NCBI GenBank assembly: GCA_964465845.1
Contig: CAYXMF010000002.1
Span: 1 to 56,598 of the forward strand
Direction of reading: 5' to 3'
DNA length: 56,598 nucleotides
From: an uncultured Eubacteriales bacterium
GTDB taxonomy: Bacteria > Bacillota > Clostridia > Oscillospirales > Acutalibacteraceae
A program made the translations under genes and the position numbers. This document shows, one piece after another, positions 16,430-27,373 of this stretch; position 1 is the first letter of the stretch, and each line of letters begins with the position of its first letter. The notes beneath the pieces are model-generated. The model was not told where the DNA came from. It was given only the letters and a program-made list of their open reading frames with translations, and made no database searches.

Positions 16430-17289
16430 TCCTTGATTTCCTTTGCCTGATTATACATAGAAATATAATTATTATGACGTGATTTACTGATAATTCCTTG
16501 TTCAACTGCTTCAACAATTTTACAACCTTTATCACAGGTGTGAGAACAAGTAGTAAATTTACAATCACCTAAATATTCTCTGAACTCACGGAAGCAGTAT
16601 GCCAAATCATCCTTTTTTATGATTTCAGTTTTACCAAATTCAAAAGATGAAAATCCAGGAGTGTCAATAACATACCCGCCACACACATTGAAAAGTTGTG
16701 CTTCACGGGTTGTATGACGTCCTCTGCCAAGTTTTTCACTAATCTCTCCCGTAGATAATTTCAGATTACTGTCAAGACGATTTAAAAGAGTTGTTTTACC
16801 GACTCCAGAGTTACCGGTAAATGCAGTAATCTTACCTTTCATTAACTGACGGACTTTATCAACATCATTATCAGTTTCAATAACAATCAAAGTAATACCA
16901 CAGTTTTCATATGCATCTGTAATACAACTATAATCACCCAAATCAGTTTTAGAAACAACAATTATCGGCTCAATTTTTTTGTATTCAGCGGTAGCAATAA
17001 GTTTATCTATTACTAAAAAATTAGGCTTTGGCTCAACCGTTGATACAACAATAATTAAGTTATCAATATTAGATACAGGTGGTCTGTTAAGAAAATTCTT
17101 TCGCTCACAAATTTTATCGATAGTGTTTTCAGCATTTTCATTTACAGAAATCTCAACTGTATCTCCGACAAGCGGCGTTATTCTATTCTTTCTGAATAAT
17201 CCTCTTGCTTTACATTCATAAGTCGCATTGGCGACTTCAACATAATAGAAGCCGCCAATACCTTTTGTTATTATTCCTTTTAATTTCAT
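16405..17289 (-). CDS. rsgA: ribosome small-subunit-dependent GTPase A
   Basis: OB-fold N-terminus, circularly permuted GTPase (VSKTDL, GNSGVGKTTLLN) and a C-terminal Zn-finger cysteine cluster. Confidence 0.93.
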   Translation of the reverse strand: MKLKGIITKGIGGFYYVEVANATYECKARGLFRKNRITPLVGDTVEISVNENAENTIDKICERKNFLNRPPVSNIDNLIIVVSTVEPKPNFLVIDKLIATAEYKKIEPIIVVSKTDLGDYSCITDAYENCGITLIVIETDNDVDKVRQLMKGKITAFTGNSGVGKTTLLNRLDSNLKLSTGEISEKLGRGRHTTREAQLFNVCGGYVIDTPGFSSFEFGKTEIIKKDDLAYCFREFREYLGDCKFTTCSHTCDKGCKIVEAVEQGIISKSRHNNYISMYNQAKEIKEWELKEDV

Positions 17290-17292
17290 ATA

Positions 17293-19440
17293 CTAAGCAT
17301 TCGGTCCTGTACTGATTGTTAATGTAATTGTCTGACTTGTAGCAATCTTGGTTGTACCATCTGAAACAGGACTTTGAGCAATTACGCAACCACTGGTAAT
17401 TGCGTCGCTTGGTGATTCAATAATTTCAATATTCGCAAATCCTGCAGCATTTAACTGACTGATTGCTTCTTCCTTGGTCTTACCAACAAGGTTATTTGGT
17501 AAAATCGCCATATTTTCAAAAGCAATATTTTCAACGTTGCTTACAACGGCAGGATTCTTTGTAAAGTCAACTTTACCCTTTTGAATAAGACTGTCGTCAA
17601 TCATAACTGTATAAGAACTATCAGCACCGGTACCTTTAATTGAGTAAGTTTTGGTTGCACCGTCAAGATATAACTCACCTGAAGTATAGAAAAGTTCATT
17701 ATTTACATAAATCTTTAATACACCTGTTTTATTAACAGCAGGGAGATTCACAGTAATATCCACAGAAGATTCTGCAGGTATTCCGTTACTTACTTCAATA
17801 TCAATCTTTGATCCAATCGGAACGGAAGTGTCTTTCTCTACACTTTGTTTTACAACAACACCAGCTTCTAAATCACTGTTAACCTCTGTAACAGTACCAA
17901 GAACAAGGTCAGATGCTTTGAGAAGTTGTTCTGCGACTTCTTTACTGCAACCCTCAAGTGTTGGAACTTTAACAGTTTCTTCTTTATCAGTTGCAATATA
18001 AAGCACTACTTCTGCACCGATTTTAACTGATGAGCCAACCTCAGGTGAAGTTTTAATCACAAGTCCGGGAGCAATAGTTTCAGAGTATTCTGACATTACA
18101 GTTGGAATCAAGCCACGGTTAAGCAGATAACTCTTCGCCTGATCTTCATTCATACCAAGAATTGAAGAATCGATTACAATATTGTTTTTCTGCACAATAA
18201 CAAGTTTGATTTCAGAGCCTTTTTTTACTTTTTCACTTGCTGATGGTGTCTGCTCAAGAACAGTACCGTCATCAAGAGTTGAGTTTTCATTAATCTCAAT
18301 TACAAATTCAAAATCATCTGTATATTCTTTGTTATTCTCGATATCTTCATAGTAATTTAAATTAACAAAATTCGGAACATCTACTTTTTGATTGCTGATT
18401 CCTACAAAAATACCTACAATCACCAAAATAAGCACAACAATTCCGGCAATAGCGCCCATCATAATAGCTGTAGTTTTGTTAATAGGCTTAGACTCAGCAT
18501 TATCTTTATCATCATTTGATTGATTTGTATGAATACGTGATGCCGCAGCACCTGTCTTTACAAATTTGGTAGGTTCCTGATCAACAAAATATGTGTAATT
18601 GAATTTAACTGCTGGATTTCTTTTAAATTCGTTAATATCCATAAGCATCTCAGCCGCAGAGCCATATCTATCACTTGGATTCTTCTGCATAGCACGAATC
18701 GTAATCTGCTCAAGACCTAACGGAAGTGTAGGTATAATATCTCTTGGGCGCTTAGGATCTTGCTGAAGCTGCATAATTGCAACAGAAACAGCGCTGTCAG
18801 ACTGGAACGGAAGTTTACCTGTAAGCATCTCGTACATTACCACGCCGACAGAATAAATATCAGCCTTATCGTCAGTCATTTCTCCCCTAGCCTGTTCAGG
18901 ACTTATATAATGCACTGAACCTATAGCATTTTCAGAAGTAGTATTTGAATCAACTCTGCTGAATCTTGCAATACCAAAGTCAGTAACCTTTATTGTGCCG
19001 TCCTGAAGAAGCATAATGTTCTGAGGTTTGATGTCCTGATGAACAATGCCTTTATCGTGAGCGTGTTGAAGGGCAGCAAGAATTTGTCCCATAAAATGAA
19101 CAGCTTCTTTCCAATTGATTACGCCCTGTTGCTCAATGTATTCCTTAAGTGTAATACCATCAACATATTCCATGACGATATACTGTAAACGATCGCCAAA
19201 ACTTACGTTATAAACTCGAACAATGTTTGGATGAGAAAGAACAGCAATTGCCTTTGATTCGTTTTTAAATCTGCGTTTAAACTCCTCATTTGTTAAGTAT
19301 TCGTCTTTCAAAATTTTAATAGCAACAATTCTGTCATCTATATTATCATAAGCTTTATAAACTACAGCCATTCCGCCGACGCCAATGATTTCTCTGATTT
19401 CATATCTGCCGTCTAAGCGCTTACCGCAAAAATTCTCCAT
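17293..19440 (-). CDS. prkC: Ser/Thr protein kinase with TM segment and PASTA repeats
   Basis: Hanks kinase motifs (GGMAVVYKA, HQDIKPQN, DFGIA), one TM helix, then repeated PASTA-like modules. The start is reset to ATG 19440 (GGAAGGAG SD); the ORF-track TTG at 19458 is the SD itself. Confidence 0.93.
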   Translation of the reverse strand: MENFCGKRLDGRYEIREIIGVGGMAVVYKAYDNIDDRIVAIKILKDEYLTNEEFKRRFKNESKAIAVLSHPNIVRVYNVSFGDRLQYIVMEYVDGITLKEYIEQQGVINWKEAVHFMGQILAALQHAHDKGIVHQDIKPQNIMLLQDGTIKVTDFGIARFSRVDSNTTSENAIGSVHYISPEQARGEMTDDKADIYSVGVVMYEMLTGKLPFQSDSAVSVAIMQLQQDPKRPRDIIPTLPLGLEQITIRAMQKNPSDRYGSAAEMLMDINEFKRNPAVKFNYTYFVDQEPTKFVKTGAAASRIHTNQSNDDKDNAESKPINKTTAIMMGAIAGIVVLILVIVGIFVGISNQKVDVPNFVNLNYYEDIENNKEYTDDFEFVIEINENSTLDDGTVLEQTPSASEKVKKGSEIKLVIVQKNNIVIDSSILGMNEDQAKSYLLNRGLIPTVMSEYSETIAPGLVIKTSPEVGSSVKIGAEVVLYIATDKEETVKVPTLEGCSKEVAEQLLKASDLVLGTVTEVNSDLEAGVVVKQSVEKDTSVPIGSKIDIEVSNGIPAESSVDITVNLPAVNKTGVLKIYVNNELFYTSGELYLDGATKTYSIKGTGADSSYTVMIDDSLIQKGKVDFTKNPAVVSNVENIAFENMAILPNNLVGKTKEEAISQLNAAGFANIEIIESPSDAITSGCVIAQSPVSDGTTKIATSQTITLTISTGPNA

Positions 19441-19463
19441 ATTAAAAGCTCCTTCCAATCAAA

Positions 19464-20192
19464 TTAACAAGATAAGGTAACAACAGTAATATTGTCACCG
19501 CCACCGTTTGCATTAGCTCGGTCAATAAGTCTTTCAGCATACTCGTCGATGTTTCCATCAGCAGTAAGCTCATATATTTCTTGCGTCTCAACATAGTTTG
19601 TCAAACCATCTGTACACAAAATCAAGACATCATTTTCGCCTATGTCCTCAGCAGCAAAATCAATTCGTAGTTCATTGTCAACGCCAAGAGCGCGAGTAAT
19701 AATGTTTTTTCGAGGATCAAGTTTTGCTTCATCGGGTGTAAGTTTACCGTGGTCAACCATTTCCTGAACAATAGAATGGTCTTTTGTCAACTGAATAAGT
19801 GAACCGTCAGACAACACATAAGCACGCGAGTCACCTGCATGTGCAATATATACAACACTATCAGCAACAATTGCAACAACTACCGTTGTGCCCATACCTG
19901 CAAGTTCAGGATCTTCCTTGCTCATATCATAAACCTTAATATTGGCAGCAGTTATTGCAGAAGTCAACATATTACGGATTGAGTTCATACTCATATTCTG
20001 ACGATATAAAGAAGTAATTCTATCAGAAATTACCTGTACCGCAGTTGAACTTGCAAGATTACCTCCTGCAGCTCCGCCCATACCGTCACAGACAACAGCC
20101 CACGCAACAGAACCTGACAACTCACCTGCAGCATATGAATCCTGATTAGATTCTCTCTTCAAGCCAATATCAGTTTTTGCAACAATTTTCAA
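19464..20192 (-). CDS. prpC: PP2C-family Ser/Thr phosphatase
   Basis: DIGLKRESNQD, CDGMGG and TDGL PP2C motifs. Apparent TTG start with AGGTGA SD. Confidence 0.9.
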   Translation of the reverse strand: MKIVAKTDIGLKRESNQDSYAAGELSGSVAWAVVCDGMGGAAGGNLASSTAVQVISDRITSLYRQNMSMNSIRNMLTSAITAANIKVYDMSKEDPELAGMGTTVVVAIVADSVVYIAHAGDSRAYVLSDGSLIQLTKDHSIVQEMVDHGKLTPDEAKLDPRKNIITRALGVDNELRIDFAAEDIGENDVLILCTDGLTNYVETQEIYELTADGNIDEYAERLIDRANANGGGDNITVVTLSC

Positions 20193-20200
20193 AGACTCAC

Positions 20201-21232
20201 CTACTTATTTCTTTTAGATGCTCTAAGTTGACCGCAAGAAGCGTTAATATCACTACCGAGAGTTCGTCGAACAGTGGCAGTAATGCCTCTTGAAGCCAGA
20301 ATATCTATAAATTTCTTTTGCCGTTCCACTGTACTTTTTATGTAATCAGTTTCACGAACATTATTTACGGGAATTAAATTCACGTGGCATAAAACACCTT
20401 TTAAACGCTTAGCAAGTTCAAGCGCACACTCATCACTATCATTCAACCCTTGAATCATTGCATATTCAAAAGAAATTCTTCTGTTTGTAGTATCTGCATA
20501 ATATTTACAGGCTTTCAAAAGTTCTTCAATATCATATTTATGATTTATTGGCATTGATTTTGAACGAATTGTATTATTGGGCGCGTGTAATGAAACAGAT
20601 AGTGTTAAACCAAGTTTCTTATCAGCCAAATCGTAAATTTTAGGAACAACACCGCAAGTTGATAATGAAATATGGCGCATACTCATATTCTGACCTTTTT
20701 CATCAGTAATAAGGTCAAGCATTTTCATTACATTATCATAATTGTCAAGTGGCTCACCTGTGCCCATAAGCACCATATGATTAATCTTAATGTTCAAATC
20801 ATTTTGTGCTGTATAAATTTCTGTAAGCATTTCGCCCGTACTTAACTGGCGTACAAATCCGCCGATTGCAGATGCACAAAATGTGCAACCCATTTTACAG
20901 CCAACTTGTGTTGAAATACAAATTGAATATCCGTATTTGTATTTCATGACAACGCTTTCGACGTATTCACCGTCAGAAAACTCAAATAAGTACTTAACTG
21001 TATCGTCAATTTTCGAAACAAGTTTTGTATTGATCTTACAGCTGTAAAATGTAAAATGCTCTGAAAGTTTGGCTCTCATATCTTTGGAAATATTAGTCAT
21101 TTCATCAAATGATGATACACACTTTTCGTGTACCCAAGAAAAGATCTGATTTATACGGAATTTTGGAAAACCTAAATCTAATATTTCTTTTGATAATTCG
21201 TCATAACTTAACGAGCGTATATCTTTAAGCAT
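20201..21232 (-). CDS. rlmN: 23S rRNA/tRNA (adenine-C2)-methyltransferase, radical SAM
   Basis: CKMGCTFC radical-SAM cluster, C-terminal GSDINASCGQL, and synteny. Confidence 0.93.
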   Translation of the reverse strand: MLKDIRSLSYDELSKEILDLGFPKFRINQIFSWVHEKCVSSFDEMTNISKDMRAKLSEHFTFYSCKINTKLVSKIDDTVKYLFEFSDGEYVESVVMKYKYGYSICISTQVGCKMGCTFCASAIGGFVRQLSTGEMLTEIYTAQNDLNIKINHMVLMGTGEPLDNYDNVMKMLDLITDEKGQNMSMRHISLSTCGVVPKIYDLADKKLGLTLSVSLHAPNNTIRSKSMPINHKYDIEELLKACKYYADTTNRRISFEYAMIQGLNDSDECALELAKRLKGVLCHVNLIPVNNVRETDYIKSTVERQKKFIDILASRGITATVRRTLGSDINASCGQLRASKRNK

Positions 21233-21236
21233 AAAA

Positions 21237-22502
21237 CTATTCCTTAATTAACTTTGCAAAAAAGAATCCATCGGAATGCTTTTCATGTGGATACAGTGTA
21301 ACAAATCCACCGTTTTTGAATTCTTTGTGTTCCTCTAAAAATCTTTTGCAAACTTCTTCATTTTCTTTTTTACTTAAAGAACAAGTCGAGTACATTAAAA
21401 CTCCTTTGTCCTTTAAATATAAAGACGCATTATTTAAAATATTATATTGCAATTCACACAATTTGTCAACAAACCGGAAGTCCTTATACTTAATTTCAGG
21501 CTTACGTCTGATTACTCCAAGACCTGCACAAGGAACGTCACAAAGAATCTTATCAGCTTTAGGCAAATTCTCATTATATGCAGATGCATCGCCAATCTGG
21601 GCATTAATAATATCTATTCCTAAGCGTTTTGCTCCATCATTTATAAGTTTAATTTTGTGTTCATATAAGTCAAACGAATAAATTTCACCTTGATTTTCCA
21701 TCATTTCTGCCATAGTAAATGACTTTCCACCTGGAGCAGCACACATATCAAAGACTACATCATTCTTTTCAGGTGCAAGATTTGCAATACATTCCTGTGA
21801 AGCCAAATCCTGAGCGTGAAAATAGCCTTTCTTGTATGCATTGGTTTTAAACACCGCATTACCCTCAACTACTTCGAGCGTAGTACCATTGCCAACAGAC
21901 TTTACTATAATTCCTTCCTGTTCAAGAAGAACAGCAAGTTCTTTTGCAGTGATTTTCAATGTATTTACTCTTAAAAATACCGGAACCGCACCAACAGATG
22001 CCTTTAAAATCTCCTCTGCCTTTATGTAGCCATAATCATTAACAAAATGATTTACTAAACTTTCAGGACACGAATATGCAATACTTAAATCGTATATCTT
22101 ATTATCAGTCGAAGGTAATTTAATTTCAATTGATGCAATTTTTCTCAGAACAGAATTGATAAGCCCCGATGCAAATGCACATTTAACCTTTTTTGAGAGT
22201 TTAACACTCTCATTTACCGCAGCGGAAACAGGAACTTTATCCATATACTTAATCTGGTAAGTACCCATTCTCAAAATCGTAAGAACTTGCGGATTTAACT
22301 TTTTAATTGGTTGTGTAAGTACCTGTGACAAATAATAATCAAGTGTTAACTTTCGTTCAAGAACACCATACACAAGTGCACAAACAAAAGGTGCAGAAGA
22401 TGCTTCATTCTGATTTAGAACAGCATCAACTGCAATATTTGAATAGGCTTTATCACGTTCAATTTTATTTAAAATTTTATATGCTATAAATCTGTCATCC
22501 AT
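21237..22502 (-). CDS. rsmB: 16S rRNA (cytosine967-C5)-methyltransferase
   Basis: NusB-like N-terminal domain plus a SAM methyltransferase domain (DMCAAPGGKS, DVPCAGLG, YSTCS). Confidence 0.92.
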   Translation of the reverse strand: MDDRFIAYKILNKIERDKAYSNIAVDAVLNQNEASSAPFVCALVYGVLERKLTLDYYLSQVLTQPIKKLNPQVLTILRMGTYQIKYMDKVPVSAAVNESVKLSKKVKCAFASGLINSVLRKIASIEIKLPSTDNKIYDLSIAYSCPESLVNHFVNDYGYIKAEEILKASVGAVPVFLRVNTLKITAKELAVLLEQEGIIVKSVGNGTTLEVVEGNAVFKTNAYKKGYFHAQDLASQECIANLAPEKNDVVFDMCAAPGGKSFTMAEMMENQGEIYSFDLYEHKIKLINDGAKRLGIDIINAQIGDASAYNENLPKADKILCDVPCAGLGVIRRKPEIKYKDFRFVDKLCELQYNILNNASLYLKDKGVLMYSTCSLSKKENEEVCKRFLEEHKEFKNGGFVTLYPHEKHSDGFFFAKLIKE

Positions 22503-22504
22503 AT

Positions 22505-23212
22505 TTAATCTCTTCTACGGTTTGTAATAAGAATTAATCTTAATAAGTTAGCAAGGCTTACCGCAAGTGCCGCAACATATGTCATCGCTGCCGCAGTCAA
22601 TACCTTTTTGGCACCCTGCTTCTCTTCTTCACCCAATAAATCAACTTCACTGATAACATTTAATGCTCTTTTGCTTGCATTAAATTCAACAGGTAAAGTT
22701 ACAAGCTGAAATATAACAGCAAATGAGAAAAAGATCACGCCAAACATTGCAAGTGATTCAAATCCAAGGAAAAATCCTAAAATTGCAAGCGGAAAACCGA
22801 GTTTTGAACCTAATGAGGCAACAGGCAAAATAAAATTACGTAATTTAATTGGAATATAACTCTGAGCGTACTGAGCAGCGTGGCCTGCTTCATGGCAAGC
22901 AACACCAATTGCGGCAACTGATGTTGAGTTATAAACGCTGTCAGAAAGTCTTATAACATTTGACTTTGGATCATAATGGTCAGTAAGTTTACCGTTGACA
23001 CGTTCGATTTTAACATTAGTAATGCCATAATGTCTTAAAACCTCAAAAGCTGCCTGAGCACCAGAAATATTACGAGAAGATAAAACCTGTGAATATTTTT
23101 TAAATGAGGAATTTACCTTTGCAGATGCAATCATCGATAAAATTATCATAGGTAAAACCAAAATAATATAATAATAATTTGACAGATAATAATAGGAAAA
23201 ATAATTACCCAA
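22505..23212 (-). CDS. membrane zinc metallopeptidase (Zn_peptidase_2 / YugP family)
   Basis: HEAGHA motif and flanking TM helices. Apparent TTG start. Confidence 0.8.
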   Translation of the reverse strand: MGNYFSYYYLSNYYYIILVLPMIILSMIASAKVNSSFKKYSQVLSSRNISGAQAAFEVLRHYGITNVKIERVNGKLTDHYDPKSNVIRLSDSVYNSTSVAAIGVACHEAGHAAQYAQSYIPIKLRNFILPVASLGSKLGFPLAILGFFLGFESLAMFGVIFFSFAVIFQLVTLPVEFNASKRALNVISEVDLLGEEEKQGAKKVLTAAAMTYVAALAVSLANLLRLILITNRRRD

Positions 23213-23216
23213 AATA

Positions 23217-24143
23217 TTAACCTCCGATTATTGTTCCAATTTCAATTTTGTGACCTCTTAAAAAACTCGCCGTATCTGTTTTACGTTTACCTTCTGCTTG
23301 AATTTCAAGAATTTCAATAGAAGCCCCGTCACCACACTTAACAACAAGTCTGTTGTTATTATCTACAATTTCACCGCTTTTTCCCGGAAATTCTTCAGAT
23401 AATATCTGGGATTTATGGATTTTAAAGTTCTTTCCGTTAATTTTTGTTGTTGCAACAGGCCACGGACACAAACCTCTGATTTTATCATGAATTTCCTGTG
23501 CAGATTTTGTAAAATCAATTGGACAAAGTTCTTTTGAAAGCATTGGTGCATAATTTGAAAGGCTATCATCCTGCTTTTGAGGATTTAAGTTATCAATTTT
23601 TTCTATTGTCTCCAGCAAAACTTCAGCACCCAATACTGAAAGTGCATCGTGAAGCTCACCCGCATTCATATTTTCAGTAATCGGCACGCTCTTTTTAATA
23701 AGCATATCACCTGTGTCAAGACCAACATCCATCTGCATTGATGTAACGCCGCTTTCTGTCTCGCCATTAATAATACTCCACTGAATCGGTGCTGCTCCGC
23801 GAAGTTTAGGTAGCAAAGAAGCATGAATATTGATACAACCGTACTTTACACTTTCAAGAATTTCTTTTGGTAAAATTTTACCAAAGGCAACGACAATAAT
23901 TAAATCTGCATTTAAAGAATTAATTATTTCAAGTGCTTCACCGTTTCTCATTGATACGGGTTGAAACACGGAAATATCATTTTCCAGAGCACACACTTTA
24001 ACAGGTGGAGGTGTCATTTCGTAACCTCTCCCCTTTGGTTTATCAGGTTGAGTAAATACTCCGACAACTTCATTATCACTCTTTATGAGTGCCTCTAAGC
24101 AAGGAACAGAAAAATCAGGTGTTCCCATAAAGATAATTCTCAT
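23217..24143 (-). CDS. fmt: methionyl-tRNA formyltransferase
   Basis: MRIIFMGTPDFSVP...; NIHASLLPKLRGAAPIQ motif. Confidence 0.95.
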   Translation of the reverse strand: MRIIFMGTPDFSVPCLEALIKSDNEVVGVFTQPDKPKGRGYEMTPPPVKVCALENDISVFQPVSMRNGEALEIINSLNADLIIVVAFGKILPKEILESVKYGCINIHASLLPKLRGAAPIQWSIINGETESGVTSMQMDVGLDTGDMLIKKSVPITENMNAGELHDALSVLGAEVLLETIEKIDNLNPQKQDDSLSNYAPMLSKELCPIDFTKSAQEIHDKIRGLCPWPVATTKINGKNFKIHKSQILSEEFPGKSGEIVDNNNRLVVKCGDGASIEILEIQAEGKRKTDTASFLRGHKIEIGTIIGG

Positions 24144-24149
24144 TAATTA

Positions 24150-24626
24150 TCACTCACTTTTCTCAGCAAATTTGTCGATTTCTTCCTGTTTAGCAAGCTT
24201 ATCAATATATAAGATACCATCAAGATGGTCAATTTCATGGCAGAAAGCTTTAGCTTTTAATTCACTTCCTTTATACACACACCATTTGCCATCTCTGTTC
24301 TGAGCTTTCACTTTAACTGACATAGGACGCATTGTATAACCTTGCTTACCCGGTAATGAAAGACAACCTTCAACATCACACTGAACGCCATCTTCCTCAA
24401 TAATTTCAGGATTAATGAGTTCCATTAAACCTTCACCTATATCAATCACAACCACACGTCTCAATACGCCGACCTGAACTGCTGCAAGTCCTACTCCGTC
24501 AGCAGAATACATTGTTTCAGCCATATCATCAAGAAGTTCAAAAAGTCTGTCATCAAACTTTTCAACTGCTCTGCTTGTTTTTCTTAAAATCGGATCTTCT
24601 TCCGTTCTGATATTTCTTATAGCCAT
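24150..24626 (-). CDS. def: peptide deformylase
   Basis: [15 protein letters not shown] and HEIDHL motifs. Confidence 0.95.
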   Translation of the reverse strand: MAIRNIRTEEDPILRKTSRAVEKFDDRLFELLDDMAETMYSADGVGLAAVQVGVLRRVVVIDIGEGLMELINPEIIEEDGVQCDVEGCLSLPGKQGYTMRPMSVKVKAQNRDGKWCVYKGSELKAKAFCHEIDHLDGILYIDKLAKQEEIDKFAEKSE

Positions 24627-24638
24627 TTTAACCTCTCC

Positions 24639-27095
24639 TCACATTAAACTTTCAGGATTTATATCAACATAGATACTAACATCAGCATTTTTCTTGTTGT
24701 TTGCAAAGTTTTTCAAAAGATTACTTATCATTTCTCTGAATTTTTTATTATTTCTGCATTTGATTATAATTCTGCTTCTGAATTTACCGCCAACCTTTGA
24801 AATTCTTGGTGCCACAGGACCTAAAACTATAATATTCTGGTCAGCATAATTTTCAGAATGAACGCTCTTCAAAGCAGCTAAAAAATCATTTGCAGTAGTA
24901 TTTACCGTATATTCTATATTACTGGAAAATCCTATTACACACAAATCACAAAACGGCGGATAAACCATCTGCTTTCTCATATTGATTTCAATATTATAAA
25001 ACGATTCATAATCTTGCTCTTTAGCAAGACAAATAATTTCACTATCAGAAAATGCAGTCTGAATATATGCTTTTCCCGGTGATTTACCTCTCCCACTTCT
25101 GCCTACAACCTGAGTAATCAAATCAAAAGCACGTTCGCCGCTTTTATAGTCATCATTAAACAGCATCTGGTCAACACTTAAAACTCCTACAAGCGTAACA
25201 TTCTCAAAATTCAATCCTTTTGCAACCATTTGAGTTCCAACAAGAATATCATATTCACCTTTCCCGAAGCTACTGAAATTCTCTTCATATGAATAACGGG
25301 AATTAGTTGTATCTGTGTCCATTCGAAGTACTCTTGCTTCAGGAACAATCATTTTAAGTTCTTCCTCAAGTTTTTGAGTGCCTGCACCAACAAATTTTAA
25401 TGTATCATTATTGCAATTACTACATTTTTTTGTATATGGCACAGAATAGCCACAGTAGTGACACATAAGACGACCATTTTTAATATGATAAGTCATTGAA
25501 ATACTGCAATTAGGGCAAGTTGCAACAGTTCCACATTCACTACAAGAAGCATAAGTATTATAACCACGACGATTCAATAAAAGAATGCTTTGTTTTCCGT
25601 CAGCAAGATTTGACTTAATTTCTTCTGCCATTTTTTTACTGATATTTTCAAGCACCATATCACTCTGATATGTGGTATCAATCGTTTCAACCGTTGGTAA
25701 AACAGCATTTCCGTAACGTTTGTTAAGCTTAAACAATGAATATGTACCATTGATTGCTTTTGTATATGTATCAATTGATGGTGTTGCAGAAGACAAAAGT
25801 AACAAACCGTTATGACAGCCAATTCTGTATGACGCAACCTCACGGGCGTGATAACGGGGAGTCATTTCAGACTTATAAGTGTGTTCCTGTTCTTCATCAA
25901 TAATAATTAAACCAATTTTGTCAAATGGTGCAAATACTGCTGAACGTGTACCAATAGCAATTTTTGCTTCGCCACGCTTAATGCGTTTCCACTCATCAAG
26001 TCGCTGACCCAATGATAAAGCACTATGCAAAACTGCAACTTTACATCCATATCTTTCATAAAAAATTGAAAGCAATTGTGGTGTCAATGAGATTTCGGGA
26101 ATCATCACAATAACACCCATATCAGTTTTAATTGCCTCATCAATCAGTTTCAAGTACACTTGAGTTTTTCCGCTACCTGTAACACCGTAAAGCAAGGCAC
26201 CTTTGGGGAGTTTCTCATTATAAAGGGAGAAAAGTCCGTCAAAAGCTGACTGTTGCTCGTCAGATAAAACAATTTCATTGTATTCAGGCTCATCAACATC
26301 ACTATACGGTGAACGATAAACCTCACTGTCAAACACTTCAACTATACCTTTGCTCTCTAAAGCAGAAACAACAGCAGATGTATATCCCGTAAAATAACAG
26401 ATTTCTTTAACAGAAGCGACACCAACATCAGATAAAACCTTAATCACTTCTTTCTGTTTTGCGGTTATTTTACCATAATCAGTTAAATTATCGCTGACAT
26501 CAATTTTAAGGCGAACCATTTTAACTGTGGCGTCACCTGTTCTTCGTTGAGCGTCAACATTTCTAATGAGAATGCCTTTTGACACCATTAAATCAAGAAT
26601 ATCATCAATCTTAGTTAATGAACAAGTTTTGGCTATCAAATCACTCTTTACAAAATTGTTTTTGTCCTTTAAAAAGTCATAGATTATTTTTTCTTTTTCA
26701 TCTGAGATTTCACTATCAAATTCACTGTTTACAGCGTACAAGATACTTACAGACATAGAAAATCCTAATGGTAGAAACATTTTACATGCTTCAAAAAAAG
26801 TACAGAAACATCTTTCACGGATAAAATTAGCAGTTTTGAGCATTTCATATGTCAGCAAAGGTTCATCATCAAGAACACTGTCGATCTTTTTAAGTCGTTT
26901 TTCGGTATGTTGACATTCTGAAACAGAAAAAACAATACCCACACGCTTTTTTGAAGATGTCCCGAACGGTACCAATACCCGCTTGCCGGCACAAACCTCA
27001 GAGCATAAAGAATCGGGAACAGAATAATCAAATAACATATCAAAGGAATACGCTGTATTTTCAACAGCAACCTTTGCGATCGTTAATTCACTCAT
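24639..27095 (-). CDS. priA: primosomal protein N' (replication restart helicase)
   Basis: Walker A GVTGSGKT, DEEQ box and a Cys-rich Zn-binding insertion (CSECG...CPNC...CHYCG...CSNC). Confidence 0.95.
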   Translation of the reverse strand: MSELTIAKVAVENTAYSFDMLFDYSVPDSLCSEVCAGKRVLVPFGTSSKKRVGIVFSVSECQHTEKRLKKIDSVLDDEPLLTYEMLKTANFIRERCFCTFFEACKMFLPLGFSMSVSILYAVNSEFDSEISDEKEKIIYDFLKDKNNFVKSDLIAKTCSLTKIDDILDLMVSKGILIRNVDAQRRTGDATVKMVRLKIDVSDNLTDYGKITAKQKEVIKVLSDVGVASVKEICYFTGYTSAVVSALESKGIVEVFDSEVYRSPYSDVDEPEYNEIVLSDEQQSAFDGLFSLYNEKLPKGALLYGVTGSGKTQVYLKLIDEAIKTDMGVIVMIPEISLTPQLLSIFYERYGCKVAVLHSALSLGQRLDEWKRIKRGEAKIAIGTRSAVFAPFDKIGLIIIDEEQEHTYKSEMTPRYHAREVASYRIGCHNGLLLLSSATPSIDTYTKAINGTYSLFKLNKRYGNAVLPTVETIDTTYQSDMVLENISKKMAEEIKSNLADGKQSILLLNRRGYNTYASCSECGTVATCPNCSISMTYHIKNGRLMCHYCGYSVPYTKKCSNCNNDTLKFVGAGTQKLEEELKMIVPEARVLRMDTDTTNSRYSYEENFSSFGKGEYDILVGTQMVAKGLNFENVTLVGVLSVDQMLFNDDYKSGERAFDLITQVVGRSGRGKSPGKAYIQTAFSDSEIICLAKEQDYESFYNIEINMRKQMVYPPFCDLCVIGFSSNIEYTVNTTANDFLAALKSVHSENYADQNIIVLGPVAPRISKVGGKFRSRIIIKCRNNKKFREMISNLLKNFANNKKNADVSIYVDINPESLM

Positions 27096-27132
27096 ACTCT
27101 GCCCCCTTTACATAATTTTATTAAGTTGTAAA

Positions 27133-27342
27133 TTATATGTTTCTTATTTCTTCAGGCTCGACAATCTCGTATTTACCGTTAATAATTTCATCAAGAGCAA
27201 GACTAACAGGCTTTTCACTAAGGATTTCGCCATTCTCTTGTGCTTCGCCTGCAATTTCTCTTGCACGTTTTGCAACTGCAGTTACAAGAGAATAACGGCT
27301 TGTCTTATTTTTGAGTACATTTCTTAAATCAGGATTAAACAT
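27133..27342 (-). CDS. rpoZ: DNA-directed RNA polymerase subunit omega
   Basis: 69 aa, with SRYSLVTAVAKRAREI motif. Synteny gmk-rpoZ. Confidence 0.9.
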   Translation of the reverse strand: MFNPDLRNVLKNKTSRYSLVTAVAKRAREIAGEAQENGEILSEKPVSLALDEIINGKYEIVEPEEIRNI

Positions 27343-27373
27343 TATTTATTACCTCACTTATATTATTTATGTA